55,482 nt of DNA from Candidatus Saccharimonadales bacterium (GCA_038211855.1 JBBQVE010000010.1:1-55482), one strand, 5' to 3'. Shown: positions 26,665 through 37,059, counted from the first letter of the stretch. Notes: generated by a model from the sequence alone, not told the origin. Translations and numbers: made by a program.

Positions 26665-27992
26665 GCAGATTTTTTGAGCAGATCGAGTGCCAGTGCGGCT
26701 GTCCAGCTGAAGTTTTTGGCGCCGGCAGGTCGCCCGTCTTTGGCCGAGAAATATTCGTATGCACCATGTTTCACTACTAGCTCCAGACTTTGCGTAGCAA
26801 TATAGGCAGCTTCTTTAGCATATCCAGCGCGCTCCAGACCGTCGATCACTAACCAATTGGTGTTGAGCCAAGTTGGACCCTGCCAGTATTTGAGTTCACT
26901 GTACCAGCTGTAACTGACTGGTACGCTCGGCAATGGAAACGCTGTGCCGAAATTATCTTTGCTACCGATAAGTTTGACGATTGCCTCAATCTGCGCGTCG
27001 TTGCCAACACCAGCATAGAGAGGCATGAGTGTGGCGATGCTTGGCTCTTTGATGAGTTTGTGGGTAACAAAATTTCGGCTGTAGAACTGGCCAGTGAAGG
27101 CATCCCATAGTTTTTCGCTGACGGCATGACGGCCGATGCGGGCGCGCTCATTCAGCCAATCAGGAATCTCATAGCCAATTGCCTTGGCGATGGTTTGCAA
27201 ATGGCGATGGCCGCGTAAAAGAATACAGTTAAACGTCAAATCCTGAACAGCGAAGTGACTGCGGTTCAAAATCCCATCAATATCCCAATTTTTGCGCTTC
27301 AAGCGTTGTTCGACATCGTAATAAAGTAAGGCTTCAATATTGCTGATACGTTGGCCTGGCGAGACATGCAGTGTATCGCGGCGAAAAATATTCGCAACCA
27401 TATCGGCATGGCTTTTTTCAACGATCCACACCCACCACGGTTTATGATGCATCAACAACTGGTTGACCCAAGGTGGTGAATTATCGAGCCCAGATTCCCA
27501 GGGGTGAATAAGCAAAACAAGACCTTCCTCATGAGGGTCGCGCTCACGGTACAGCCATTCATGATATGCCAAACAAGCCGGATAAGCTGTCTGATACCAT
27601 TTACGACGTTCTTCCTTCCTCATGTGCGCACCTATGCTGACAATCGCTTCTGCTAACATCGGTGGTTGCGTAATACCGCTGGTAGATACATGATCAGGCG
27701 CGTAGGGGCTGCGCCAACTCTGCCACATATTGCGGTCGCGTTTATGGGCGTCACCTTCAGCGAAAATCATGTTCGGAATCATACCGTTAGCCCACTGGCC
27801 GCGCAGCAAACTGAGTATTTCTTTTTTGGCGCGCTCAATATCGTAGTGCGCCAGACCAATGGCTATAAAACAACTGTCCCATAACCATTGGTGAGGGTAA
27901 AGGCCACCGGCAGGAATTGTGTAATCTCCGCGCTGGTTGTCGTCCAAAACTTTTCGGCAGACCGCTTCTAATGTCGGTTTTGGCTGGTCCAT
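26628..27992 (-). CDS. (alpha/alpha)6 glycoside hydrolase, GH63/mannosylglycerate hydrolase-like
   Basis: YPHQWLWDSCF, SGITQPP, HPWESGLDNSP, YWQGPTW, EYF...FSWTAA. Confidence 0.88.
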   Translation of the reverse strand: MDQPKPTLEAVCRKVLDDNQRGDYTIPAGGLYPHQWLWDSCFIAIGLAHYDIERAKKEILSLLRGQWANGMIPNMIFAEGDAHKRDRNMWQSWRSPYAPDHVSTSGITQPPMLAEAIVSIGAHMRKEERRKWYQTAYPACLAYHEWLYRERDPHEEGLVLLIHPWESGLDNSPPWVNQLLMHHKPWWVWIVEKSHADMVANIFRRDTLHVSPGQRISNIEALLYYDVEQRLKRKNWDIDGILNRSHFAVQDLTFNCILLRGHRHLQTIAKAIGYEIPDWLNERARIGRHAVSEKLWDAFTGQFYSRNFVTHKLIKEPSIATLMPLYAGVGNDAQIEAIVKLIGSKDNFGTAFPLPSVPVSYSWYSELKYWQGPTWLNTNWLVIDGLERAGYAKEAAYIATQSLELVVKHGAYEYFSAKDGRPAGAKNFSWTAALALDLLKKSAYSSSSRFGLSK

Positions 27993-28009
27993 ACTAGTAA
28001 GTATAAGCG

Positions 28010-28363
28010 CTATTCAAGGATATCGGTAGTAATAACATCAAATGGCTGGTCAAGCATAGCATCGGTAGGCTGCAGACCGTGAATATCCCATTTCTCAAGG
28101 GTACTTGCATCTCGAGATTGACGTCTGGTGCGGACACGCTCAACAAAGTCTCCGACACTAGTTTCGGCGTTTTGTAGCGCCAGAGCAGCGCACCGTTTTA
28201 GCGTATGCATTTTTTGTATTGTCCACTCCATCCGAGGATGTAATTGCACAAAGTCTAGCTCTGATCCTGGACAAGGTGCGCCACCAAACGTCACATTTTG
28301 ATAGGTTTCAGCTTCCGTCATAAGCTCGTGATTATCGAGGTAAGTATCTGTTATTCCACTCAT
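28010..28363 (-). CDS. Hypothetical protein
   Basis: ORF fills the intergenic space between co-oriented genes; no recognisable motif; start uncertain. Confidence 0.5.
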   Translation of the reverse strand: MSGITDTYLDNHELMTEAETYQNVTFGGAPCPGSELDFVQLHPRMEWTIQKMHTLKRCAALALQNAETSVGDFVERVRTRRQSRDASTLEKWDIHGLQPTDAMLDQPFDVITTDILE

Positions 28364-28408
28364 ATCTGACAATCATGCACCCAAACGTCAAAAAAGTAAA
28401 TACTATGT

Positions 28409-28909
28409 TTAGCGGAAGTTTGTGAAGTTAACGGGGAAGTCGAACTCGGTTGTACGTATGAGCTGCATGGCATCTTGTAGCTCATCTTTTTTGGGGCTCA
28501 TGACACGGACTTCAGCCCCCTGTATTTGTGTTTTTACTTTCGGTAATTTGTCGCGAACGAGTGAGGTTATTTTCTTGGCTTTTTCTTGATCTAAGCCTTG
28601 GCGGAATGGCACTTCTTTGGTGGTCTGGAAGTTATTGGTAGTGCTGTCTTTGCTTTCATCGAGCACTTTTTGGCTGATGCCACGGGTCGCCAGTTTTTTT
28701 CGGATAATCTCAATAATCGAATCAATTTGGAAGTCGCTGTTGCCAGTGATTTTAAAGCCAGACTTATCAGGACTCAGCCATTCCAACGCCGCCGGAGTGC
28801 CCTTAAAGTCATAACGACTATCGAGTTCGCGGTTTGATTGGTCGAGTACGTTGTTCATCTCGGCTTTATCGAAATCACTCACTACATCAAAAGAATAATT
28901 GCCTGCCAT
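28409..28909 (-). CDS. yajQ: YajQ family nucleotide-binding protein
   Basis: SFDVVS, RYDFKG, KVKTQIQG..VRV..KKDELQ, FTNFR. Confidence 0.95.
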   Translation of the reverse strand: MAGNYSFDVVSDFDKAEMNNVLDQSNRELDSRYDFKGTPAALEWLSPDKSGFKITGNSDFQIDSIIEIIRKKLATRGISQKVLDESKDSTTNNFQTTKEVPFRQGLDQEKAKKITSLVRDKLPKVKTQIQGAEVRVMSPKKDELQDAMQLIRTTEFDFPVNFTNFR

Positions 28910-28998
28910 ATGTAGGTAGTATAGCACTCAGAGTAATATTTACATTATTGTCTTAAAAAACGTTGTATTTATGTAAAAGAAAGAGTATTATTGATCGT

Positions 28999-29055
28999 AT
29001 GACAATAATTCAGACGCACATCTTCAACAATCCCACTGCAGCGACTGTTTTATAA
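28999..29055 (+). CDS. Putative leaderless leader peptide MTIIQTHIFNNPTAATVL upstream of ABC exporter
   Basis: ATG lies 7 nt after TATTAT of a TTGTAT-17-TATTAT promoter; embedded in alternative hairpins. Confidence 0.5.
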   Translation: MTIIQTHIFNNPTAATVL

Positions 29056-29151
29056 CTCTCTTCTAAAACTAAGAATCCGCTTACAAGTTATAGCAGACGC
29101 CGCGACTGACAAATTTCTTATGACTTAAAAATAACCGATAGGATACGTACA

Positions 29152-30906
29152 ATGACTGAATTACCAAAACATGCCAAGGGCTTACTAAAAGAGATGACTC
29201 GGCCGTATAAACGACGTATTACCCTCTTTTTTGTGCTTTCATTTATTGGAATTATTTCTTGGGCCGCCTCACCGTTTGCTATTAGAGATCTCATAAACGA
29301 GCTTTCCAAAAATCAAGGAATCCATGCTTACGCGTGGTGGCTCGTCGGTATTTTTGTGGTGCTACGCCTCTTTGATGAGTGGTTCTGGCGTATCGCTGAG
29401 GCCATAATGAAGGAAATTAAAAACCCTATGCTGGAGCGCATGCGGACGATTTTGTTCGACTATGCCATCCAGAAACCTTATAACTTCTTCGTGAATTCGA
29501 GTAGCGGTCAGCTGGGCCATTGGATCAATCAGACGGTAAAAACACTCGACGAAACCATTGATACGACGATTTGGAGCGTCTGGCCGCGTGTGACGTCGAT
29601 CATTCTTTCAGCGGTTTTCCTTATTTTTGCGCACTGGTTACTGGCGCTGATCTTTATAACTTGGGCCGCCGGACTCATGCTGTTTACTGTCCGACGTGGA
29701 CGGACTTTCACGAAACTAGTCGAGAAAGAGAGCGATGCAAAGAGTGCCGCAACCGGTCAAGTAGTCGACTCGCTCAGTAATCACCTTAGCGTACGTGTTT
29801 TTAATGCACGCGGCAGGGAGTCGATATCGCTACGCAAACGGCAGGAATTGATTTTGAAGCGACAAGCGATATCGTGGAATTTTTCGATCCGTACGAATAT
29901 GGTGAAAGGTCACAGCGTGGCACTCGTTGCCGGCGTATCGCTGGCGGCTGTCTTGTGGTTATTTGGCCGTCATCAGCTGACTGTTGGCGACGTAGCCCTT
30001 TTCATCGCCTATTTTACAGATGCAACCAGTAGTATCTGGGAGCTTTCATGGCAAATGGACACTTATTACCGTAGTTTTGGGGCGATTAATAACGCTATTG
30101 CCGGATTACGTGCGGGTGGTGAAGAACGAATTGTTCGTGATTTACGACCGTTACCGGAAACAGCTAGTATTGAACTTAAAGATCTTACCTTCAGCTACCC
30201 TGACCAAACAGATCTAACTGTATTGAAAAACGTTAATTTACAGATTAAAGCCGGTGAGCGAATAGGCCTGGTCGGCCATAGCGGCGCAGGCAAAACTACT
30301 CTGGTTGGCTTGTTGCTCGGCTTTTATGAACTTACAGGTGGAGAGTTCAAAATCGGTGAAGCTGTTGTGAGCGAATTGAGCCCGGATCAGTTGCGTGAAC
30401 TCATTTCTTTCGTGCCGCAAGATACGAACCTGTTTAACCGCACGATAGCTGAGAACATAGCTTATGCACGACCGGAAGCGACAAAAGATGAGATTCATCA
30501 GGCAGCGGCCGATGCGCAGGCGCTAGATTTCATAGAGAAACTGCCACTTGGTTTCGATACGATGATTGGCGAACGAGGTGTTAAGCTGTCCGGCGGCCAG
30601 CGCCAACGTATTGCAATTGCCAGGGCACTTCTTAAAAACGCACCGATTTTGCTACTCGACGAAGCAACCAGTGCTCTCGACAGCGTAAGCGAACAAGCAA
30701 TCCAGAAGGCTTTTAATATAGCTATGAAAGACAGGACTGCCGTCGTAGTTGCCCACCGACTGAGCACACTTCGTCACCTTGACCGGATTGTTGTTTTTGA
30801 GGGCGGTACCATCGTCGAACAAGGGTCGCATGACGACCTCGTCGACGGTGGTGGAGTCTATGCAGATTTATGGCGACGACAAAAAGACGGTTTCATAGCA
30901 GAATAA
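29152..30906 (+). CDS. ABC exporter, fused permease/ATPase
   Basis: TM domain plus Walker A GHSGAGKT, signature LSGGQRQR, Walker B LLLDEATS, AHRLST. Confidence 0.95.
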   Translation: MTELPKHAKGLLKEMTRPYKRRITLFFVLSFIGIISWAASPFAIRDLINELSKNQGIHAYAWWLVGIFVVLRLFDEWFWRIAEAIMKEIKNPMLERMRTILFDYAIQKPYNFFVNSSSGQLGHWINQTVKTLDETIDTTIWSVWPRVTSIILSAVFLIFAHWLLALIFITWAAGLMLFTVRRGRTFTKLVEKESDAKSAATGQVVDSLSNHLSVRVFNARGRESISLRKRQELILKRQAISWNFSIRTNMVKGHSVALVAGVSLAAVLWLFGRHQLTVGDVALFIAYFTDATSSIWELSWQMDTYYRSFGAINNAIAGLRAGGEERIVRDLRPLPETASIELKDLTFSYPDQTDLTVLKNVNLQIKAGERIGLVGHSGAGKTTLVGLLLGFYELTGGEFKIGEAVVSELSPDQLRELISFVPQDTNLFNRTIAENIAYARPEATKDEIHQAAADAQALDFIEKLPLGFDTMIGERGVKLSGGQRQRIAIARALLKNAPILLLDEATSALDSVSEQAIQKAFNIAMKDRTAVVVAHRLSTLRHLDRIVVFEGGTIVEQGSHDDLVDGGGVYADLWRRQKDGFIAE

Positions 30907-30937
30907 AGCTTAAGTTCTTGCTACAATAGGAGATAAG

Positions 30938-31969
30938 ATGAGTTATTCGAGCGTTGATATTCAGGCAGCTGCAGATGTTCTTTTGCCACGGGCACAAGGT
31001 GGAGACAAAAGTGTCCTGCGCTCACCAGAGTTGAAGGGGTTGTTTGATCTGCTTAAAACGCTTCCGCCAGAAGATCGTGGCACGTTCGGACAAGAAGTAA
31101 ACGCTTTGCGCCAAGAACTCGAGTCCGTTGCCAAAGGTGCGGCTGAACCGCAGGAACAGCTGGCGCCGATTGATGTCACGGCGCCGTGGGACGTCAATAT
31201 GCTCGTAACGTTGCGTCCAAGCGTGTTACCAGCGCTCCACGGTAGCGTGCATCCACTGATGGCCGAGCTCGACTATATATCTGACATTTTTTACCGCATG
31301 GGCTTTACGGTGGTTGAATCACGAGAGATTGACGATGACTATCACATGTTTGAGAGCCTCAACTTTCCAGCCGATCACCCAGCCCGCGATGACTATGATA
31401 CGTTTATGACTGATGAAGGTTTGATTGCTCCCGCTCACACGAGTACGATGCAGAACCGGATAATTAGAGAAGGACTGGCCGAGCTCGAAAAAGGCCTGCC
31501 AATTGCCGCCGTGATTCCCGGACGAGTTTTTCGCAACGAAGATGTTGATGCGCGCCACGAGCACACGTTTTATCAGCTGGAAGGCGTCTATGTGAGCAAG
31601 AATGTGACAGTCGGCAATCTGATTGCAACTATCCAGATGTGGCTGAGCACCTATTTCCAGAAGGATATAAAGACCAAGATTCAGCCTTTTTACTTCCCGT
31701 TCACCGAGCCAAGTTTTGAATTCGCAGCTACTTGTATCTTCTGTGACGGCAAGGGCTGCACTATCTGTAGTCAGAGCGGCTGGATTGAACTTGGCGGCTG
31801 TGGCATGATCCACCCGAATGTTTTAAAAGAGGCTGGCGCCGACCCTCAAGTCTATACGGGGTTTGCGTGGGGTTTCGGCATTGATCGACTCGTTATGCTC
31901 AAACACGATATCGAAGACGTTCGTCATTTTGAATCTGGCAAACTAGACTTTTTAAGGCAGTTTTCATGA
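30938..31969 (+). CDS. pheS: Phenylalanine--tRNA ligase alpha subunit
   Basis: LNFPADHPAR, GRVFRNE..DARH, FYFPFTEPS, GCGMIHP, GFGIDRL. Confidence 0.97.
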   Translation: MSYSSVDIQAAADVLLPRAQGGDKSVLRSPELKGLFDLLKTLPPEDRGTFGQEVNALRQELESVAKGAAEPQEQLAPIDVTAPWDVNMLVTLRPSVLPALHGSVHPLMAELDYISDIFYRMGFTVVESREIDDDYHMFESLNFPADHPARDDYDTFMTDEGLIAPAHTSTMQNRIIREGLAELEKGLPIAAVIPGRVFRNEDVDARHEHTFYQLEGVYVSKNVTVGNLIATIQMWLSTYFQKDIKTKIQPFYFPFTEPSFEFAATCIFCDGKGCTICSQSGWIELGGCGMIHPNVLKEAGADPQVYTGFAWGFGIDRLVMLKHDIEDVRHFESGKLDFLRQFS

Positions 31970-32310
31970 AAATCACTAAACGACCCTCAAATACAATTCG
32001 CAAAGAAGAAGCGCACGGTGGCAATGGCACACGCAAAGTCTATGCCAACGCTGATTTTTTGAAGAGTCAGAATCTCGATGCAATGACCTATGGTTTTTTG
32101 CCAGCTGGTAAGACCTTCGATTGGCACGACCATACCGACATTGAAGAGATTATGGTGGTGGTAAAAGGAGAGGGGTTTGTCAGCGATCGAGATGGCGACT
32201 ATGACTACGCTCCGGGCGACGTCTTTATTTTCCCTGCCAACACCGAGCACAAAATCCACAACCCATCACATGAAGAACACGAAATGATCTACGTAAGGGT
32301 AAAAGTATGA
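31966..32310 (+). CDS. Cupin domain protein inserted between pheS and pheT
   Basis: WHDH...EEIMVVVKGEG and PGDVFIFPANTEH; ATGA overlaps with both neighbours. Confidence 0.9.
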   Translation: MKITKRPSNTIRKEEAHGGNGTRKVYANADFLKSQNLDAMTYGFLPAGKTFDWHDHTDIEEIMVVVKGEGFVSDRDGDYDYAPGDVFIFPANTEHKIHNPSHEEHEMIYVRVKV

Positions 32311-35219
32311 AAGTAAGTCTTAACTGGGCGCAGCTCTACAGTAACGTTGACTTAAAAGCGATTCCAAAAGATGAGCTGATTGAGAGAATCGGCCGGCAAC
32401 TGGCGGGCATTGATGAAGTGATTGAATGGGGCCCGCGTTACGATGGGATTGTCGTTGTAAAAGTGGTGAATTGCGAACAACACCCCAACGCCGATAAGCT
32501 ACATGTCTGTAAGGTTGATGATGGCGGTGTCGTTGAAGGTGCCGAACGCGACGAAAACGGCTACGTGCAGGTTGTCTGTGGTGCCCCGAATGTGGCTGCA
32601 GGCCTGACGGTTGCGTGGCTACCGGTTGGTAGTACTGTGCCAAGTACGCTTGAAAAGGATCCATTTGTTTTGGAAGCTCGCGACCTGCGCGGTGTCATGA
32701 GCAACGGCATGTTAGCGAGTGCCACTGAGCTTGGACTGAGCGATAATCATGACGGGATTCTCATCATCGACCCGACTGAAGTTGGCGAAGCACTTGCCGT
32801 CCCAGGTACGCCTTTTAAACAGCTCTATGGTCTCGACGATATTGTCATTGACTGCGAAAACAAGATGTTCACCCATCGCCCTGACTGCTTTGGTATTTTG
32901 GGCGTTGCACGCGAACTGGCTGGCATCACACATCAAAAGTTCGTTAGTCCTGAGTGGTATTTGCACGCCCCGACCTTTAAAAACGCTCATGATCTCACAA
33001 TCAAAGTCGAGGTATCAACCGAACTGGTCCCACGTTTTATGGCGGTCGCCATGAATGGCATCACGATCGCACCAAGCCCGATGTATATACAAGCTGGCCT
33101 CACTCGCGTCGGCATTCGTCCAATCAATAACATTGTTGATATCACCAACTGGATGATGCAGCTCACTGGCCAGCCACTACATGCCTATGATTACGATAAA
33201 CTGCTGGCACTATGCGGCAGCGATGCAACATTGCAGGCACGACTTAGCAAAAAAGGTGAAATTGTGTCGATCATTGGTGGAAAATCAGTCGAACTTGACG
33301 ACAAGACAATCGTTATAGCTACAGACAAACAAATTATTGGCATCGGCGGTGTGATGGGCGGGGCTGATACTGAAGTCGACGAACATACCAAAAATATCAT
33401 CATCGAAGCCGCAACTTTTGATATGTATTCTATTCGTAAGACAGCCATGAAGTACGGCCTATTTACCGATGCAGTCACGCGCTTTAATAAAGGTCAAAGT
33501 CCACTCCAAAACGACCGAGTTTTGGTTGAGGCGATGCGTATGGTGGCGGAATATTCAAAAGGCAGTCAGGCGAGCAGCGTCGTAGATTACAAGTCTGATA
33601 GCGTGCAAATTATGCCACTTGTCAGTGCCAGCGCCGACTTTATTAATGCACGACTTGGTAGTCAGCTGACCGTAGAACAAATGGAAACTTTGCTTGAAAA
33701 TGTAGAGTGTGCCGCACTGTCTGGTGGAGCGAGCGACTCACGGAGCGTCCTGAAGGGTGTTGGTGCGATAGATGAAAAACTTACTCGTGTTGGTATCAAG
33801 ATTGTCGAAAAAACTCCTGAAGGCTACTTCAAACTATTGATTCCCGCTGGCCTCGAAAGTGAGTACGAGAAGATTGTCTCCTGGGAAATGCAACCCGGTT
33901 TCTGGAATGAATACATCGGCGCTAAAAACGTTTTCTTGTTTAAAGACCCCGATACTAAAGTTGTTCGCTACGAGGTCAGCGACGACAACGAGCATGAGAT
34001 TATCGAAATGTGCCGCACGTATGCCAATGATTATTACACCAGCCTTGAGGCAATGCTCGCGAATAACGACTGGTACAAACCGTTGCTACCGCTTCACAAA
34101 ATTGTCGTCAGTGATGCACCAGACGCCAATAACATTTCGATTACGCCACCTTTTTGGCGCCGTGATATTGAACTGCCAGAAGATCTTGTTGAGGAAGTAG
34201 GTCGACTCTACGGCTTTGAAAAGTTACCAGTGATTCTGCCGAGCCGTTCAGCCGCCCCCACCAAAAAGAATGAAGCGCTTGAACTGGCTCAGACACTGCG
34301 TGAGCTTCTGGCGTCTGCCGGCGCAAACGAGGTTTTGACGTACAGCTTTGTGCATAGCAAGCTAATCGAAAATGTCGGCCAAGACCCGAAAGATGCCTAT
34401 CATATCCGTAATGCAATTAGTCCAGAGTTGCAATATTACCGCCTCAGCCTCACACCGAGTCTTCTTGATAAGGTTCACATGAATAGTAAAGCAGGCTATG
34501 ACCGCTTTGCGCTTTTTGAAATCGGCATAGGCCACCGCAAAGAGAAACTAGTTGAAAACTTAGTCCCCGAGGAACTTAAAACGCTGGCGTTGGTGTTTGC
34601 CGGCAAAGCTAAAAAAGAAGAAGGTGCGGCATTCTATCAGGCCTGCGCCTATCTCGATTTTATAGCTACCAAGCTTAATTTGCAGTTTAGGTATGTACCA
34701 ATCGAAGTGGCCCCGGATGATGCCGTGCTCAAACCATTTGCAGTCAATCGTTCGGCATTCGTATATGCTGATGGTGTTGAAGAGCCGCTCGGGATTGTCG
34801 GCGAATATCGCAGCGAGGTTCGTTCTAAGTTCAAATTACCTCTTTTTTCGGCCGGTTTTGAAATAGGCACTGTAGAACTCCAAAGGGCGCTCGCACATGC
34901 CCAAAAGCATTATTCCAGCCTACCGCGCTACCCAACATCCCAGCAGGATGCTACATTTGATGTCGCCGCCACTGTTACGTATAGCATGATGCTATCAAGT
35001 ATCGTGAAGGCTGCAGCCACAGAGCAAGCTGAGCATGGCTATAATTACGACATTACGCCGGGCACAATTTTTGTCCCAGAAGAAGGCAACAGAAAGAGAC
35101 TTAGCTTCAAGTTCACGCTGTCTCATCCAGAGCGTACTTTAACGACCGAAGAGGTCAACAAATTTCTCGATGAGATTTCTAAGAACGCTGCGGTTGACTG
35201 CGCCGCAAAACGGATATAG
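32307..35219 (+). CDS. pheT: Phenylalanine--tRNA ligase beta subunit with ~140-aa insertion
   Basis: HPNADKL, VCGAPN, HRPDC, INNIVDITN, PFWRRD...DLVEEVGRLYG, C-terminal ERTLT.EEV; 970 aa. Confidence 0.96.
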   Translation: MKVSLNWAQLYSNVDLKAIPKDELIERIGRQLAGIDEVIEWGPRYDGIVVVKVVNCEQHPNADKLHVCKVDDGGVVEGAERDENGYVQVVCGAPNVAAGLTVAWLPVGSTVPSTLEKDPFVLEARDLRGVMSNGMLASATELGLSDNHDGILIIDPTEVGEALAVPGTPFKQLYGLDDIVIDCENKMFTHRPDCFGILGVARELAGITHQKFVSPEWYLHAPTFKNAHDLTIKVEVSTELVPRFMAVAMNGITIAPSPMYIQAGLTRVGIRPINNIVDITNWMMQLTGQPLHAYDYDKLLALCGSDATLQARLSKKGEIVSIIGGKSVELDDKTIVIATDKQIIGIGGVMGGADTEVDEHTKNIIIEAATFDMYSIRKTAMKYGLFTDAVTRFNKGQSPLQNDRVLVEAMRMVAEYSKGSQASSVVDYKSDSVQIMPLVSASADFINARLGSQLTVEQMETLLENVECAALSGGASDSRSVLKGVGAIDEKLTRVGIKIVEKTPEGYFKLLIPAGLESEYEKIVSWEMQPGFWNEYIGAKNVFLFKDPDTKVVRYEVSDDNEHEIIEMCRTYANDYYTSLEAMLANNDWYKPLLPLHKIVVSDAPDANNISITPPFWRRDIELPEDLVEEVGRLYGFEKLPVILPSRSAAPTKKNEALELAQTLRELLASAGANEVLTYSFVHSKLIENVGQDPKDAYHIRNAISPELQYYRLSLTPSLLDKVHMNSKAGYDRFALFEIGIGHRKEKLVENLVPEELKTLALVFAGKAKKEEGAAFYQACAYLDFIATKLNLQFRYVPIEVAPDDAVLKPFAVNRSAFVYADGVEEPLGIVGEYRSEVRSKFKLPLFSAGFEIGTVELQRALAHAQKHYSSLPRYPTSQQDATFDVAATVTYSMMLSSIVKAAATEQAEHGYNYDITPGTIFVPEEGNRKRLSFKFTLSHPERTLTTEEVNKFLDEISKNAAVDCAAKRI

Positions 35220-36998
35220 ATGAAAAAACTCTCACTGCTTACAGTCAGTGTGCTGGCAACAGTAAATATTGTGCTGCTTTGTGCGCCAATGGCGCATGCC
35301 GCTACGAGCGATTTTGTCATTCATAACTTTGTGGCTGACTACACGCTCACGAACGCCGACAAACAAGGCAGACTTCATGTCATGGAAAACATCAATCTGA
35401 CATTCAGTGATTATAACCACGGTATTCTGCGAGCGATTCCACAGCGCTATAAGAATCACTCATTGCAGTTGAAGATTGATAGCGTGACTTCCAGTACAGG
35501 TGCAGCGACAAGCTTCACAACGTACGTCTCGAATGGCAATACGGTGCTCAAGATTGGTGACGCCAATCGCACATTTACCGGTGCTCAAAACTACAAGATT
35601 ACCTATGATTTGAATAATGTCATCGGCTTTTATCCGGATCACGATGAGTTTTATTGGAATGTTAACGGTCCCGGTTGGGATCAACCTTTTGAACACACCA
35701 GTGTTACCTTGCATCTGCCGGTTGGATTGGCTATTTCACAAGATGCGCCACGCTGTTTTACGGGCGCAGTAGGTAGTACGACTGCAGATTGCATGGTGAA
35801 CATCGCAGATACTCTACCACCAACAGTTGATGCAACAACAACCAAACTACTTGGTTATCATGAGAATCTATCAATCGTTGTTGGCTTTCAAAAAGGCTTC
35901 TTTGCACCTAGCACTAAACTCGATACTTTCAAAGATTTCCTTCCAGGTCTGTTGAAACTAGTCGTACCAATCATTTTATTTGGTGGGTATGCTTTTTTGC
36001 GTTGGCGCAAGTTAGGACGCGACGCTAAGGGCAGGGGAGTGATCGTTCCGGAGTATGATCCACCATTTAAACTGACGCCTATTGAGATCGGAACGATCCT
36101 TGATTTTAAGACCGATCAAAAAGATATTACAGCCACGATTATAGATCTTGCGGTGCGCGGCTATATCATCATTCATGAGGAAAAAGTTGAACATTGGATA
36201 GGCAAGGACGGTGCGAAGTACTCCTTGGAACTAAGTAATAACGACGTGACAGAGCTACGTGACTTTGAGCAAACAACACTTGAAGGTCTCTTTAAAAGTA
36301 CTAATTTTGAAAAAGGTAGCACTATTAATCTCTCAGATCTTAAAAATGAGTTCTATACCTCCGTCTCGACGATTAGCAAACAAACAAAAGCAGCCGTTAT
36401 AGGTGGTCAATACTTTAAGGCTGATCCAGTTAAGGCTGGCGGCCGTTTATGGGTTCTTTCTGGCATTTTGCTCTTTACTATATTCTTTGCTGGCTTTTTG
36501 GGAACGGCGCTGATAGTCGGTCTCATAATCGGCCTACTCATAACAATCATTTTCGCTGCCAGTATGGCCGCCCGAACCAGCCTTGGCAGCGAAGCGCGCG
36601 AAAAAGCCCTTGGCCTCAAACTCTATATATCAACCGCTGAAGCCGATCGCATCAAGTTGATGCAAAGTCCAAATGCGCCGTATGCAGACAAGAGTGACGG
36701 TCCAAAAAGAACAGTCGAACTGTTCGAGAAACTCTTGCCATATGCAATGATTTTCGGCGTTGAAAATGAGTGGGCCAAACAGTTTAGTGATATTTATAAG
36801 AGTGCTCCAGGCTGGTATAACGGCAATATGACGGCTTTTAACGCGGCATACTTAGTCAGCTCGCTCGGCGGCAGCGGTTTCGGCACGGCGATAGGCACAT
36901 CGTTTGCCAGTCCATCAAGCTCGAATTCAAGTGGCTTTAGCGGCGGCGGTGGCTTTTCTGGCGGCGGTGGTGGTGGCGGCGGCGGTGGTGGCTGGTAA
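35220..36998 (+). CDS. DUF2207 family membrane protein
   Basis: HGILRAIP, DEFYWN, ATIIDLAVRG, LPYAMIFG, and terminal GGGGFSGGGGGGGGGGGW. Confidence 0.92.
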   Translation: MKKLSLLTVSVLATVNIVLLCAPMAHAATSDFVIHNFVADYTLTNADKQGRLHVMENINLTFSDYNHGILRAIPQRYKNHSLQLKIDSVTSSTGAATSFTTYVSNGNTVLKIGDANRTFTGAQNYKITYDLNNVIGFYPDHDEFYWNVNGPGWDQPFEHTSVTLHLPVGLAISQDAPRCFTGAVGSTTADCMVNIADTLPPTVDATTTKLLGYHENLSIVVGFQKGFFAPSTKLDTFKDFLPGLLKLVVPIILFGGYAFLRWRKLGRDAKGRGVIVPEYDPPFKLTPIEIGTILDFKTDQKDITATIIDLAVRGYIIIHEEKVEHWIGKDGAKYSLELSNNDVTELRDFEQTTLEGLFKSTNFEKGSTINLSDLKNEFYTSVSTISKQTKAAVIGGQYFKADPVKAGGRLWVLSGILLFTIFFAGFLGTALIVGLIIGLLITIIFAASMAARTSLGSEAREKALGLKLYISTAEADRIKLMQSPNAPYADKSDGPKRTVELFEKLLPYAMIFGVENEWAKQFSDIYKSAPGWYNGNMTAFNAAYLVSSLGGSGFGTAIGTSFASPSSSNSSGFSGGGGFSGGGGGGGGGGGW

Positions 36999-37059
36999 AT
37001 TTATGATCTCCAGCCAGAAGGCTTGTATCGACAAGTCTTGACGTGTTAAGCTTTAACAG

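Noticed and set aside
33705-34140. Intein in PheT (insert begins next to a Cys)
   Set aside because: No C-terminal His-Asn followed by Cys/Ser/Thr, and no recognisable block B TxxH or LAGLIDADG motifs.
36930-36998. GGC/GGT microsatellite
   Set aside because: It encodes the normal poly-Gly tail of DUF2207 proteins.
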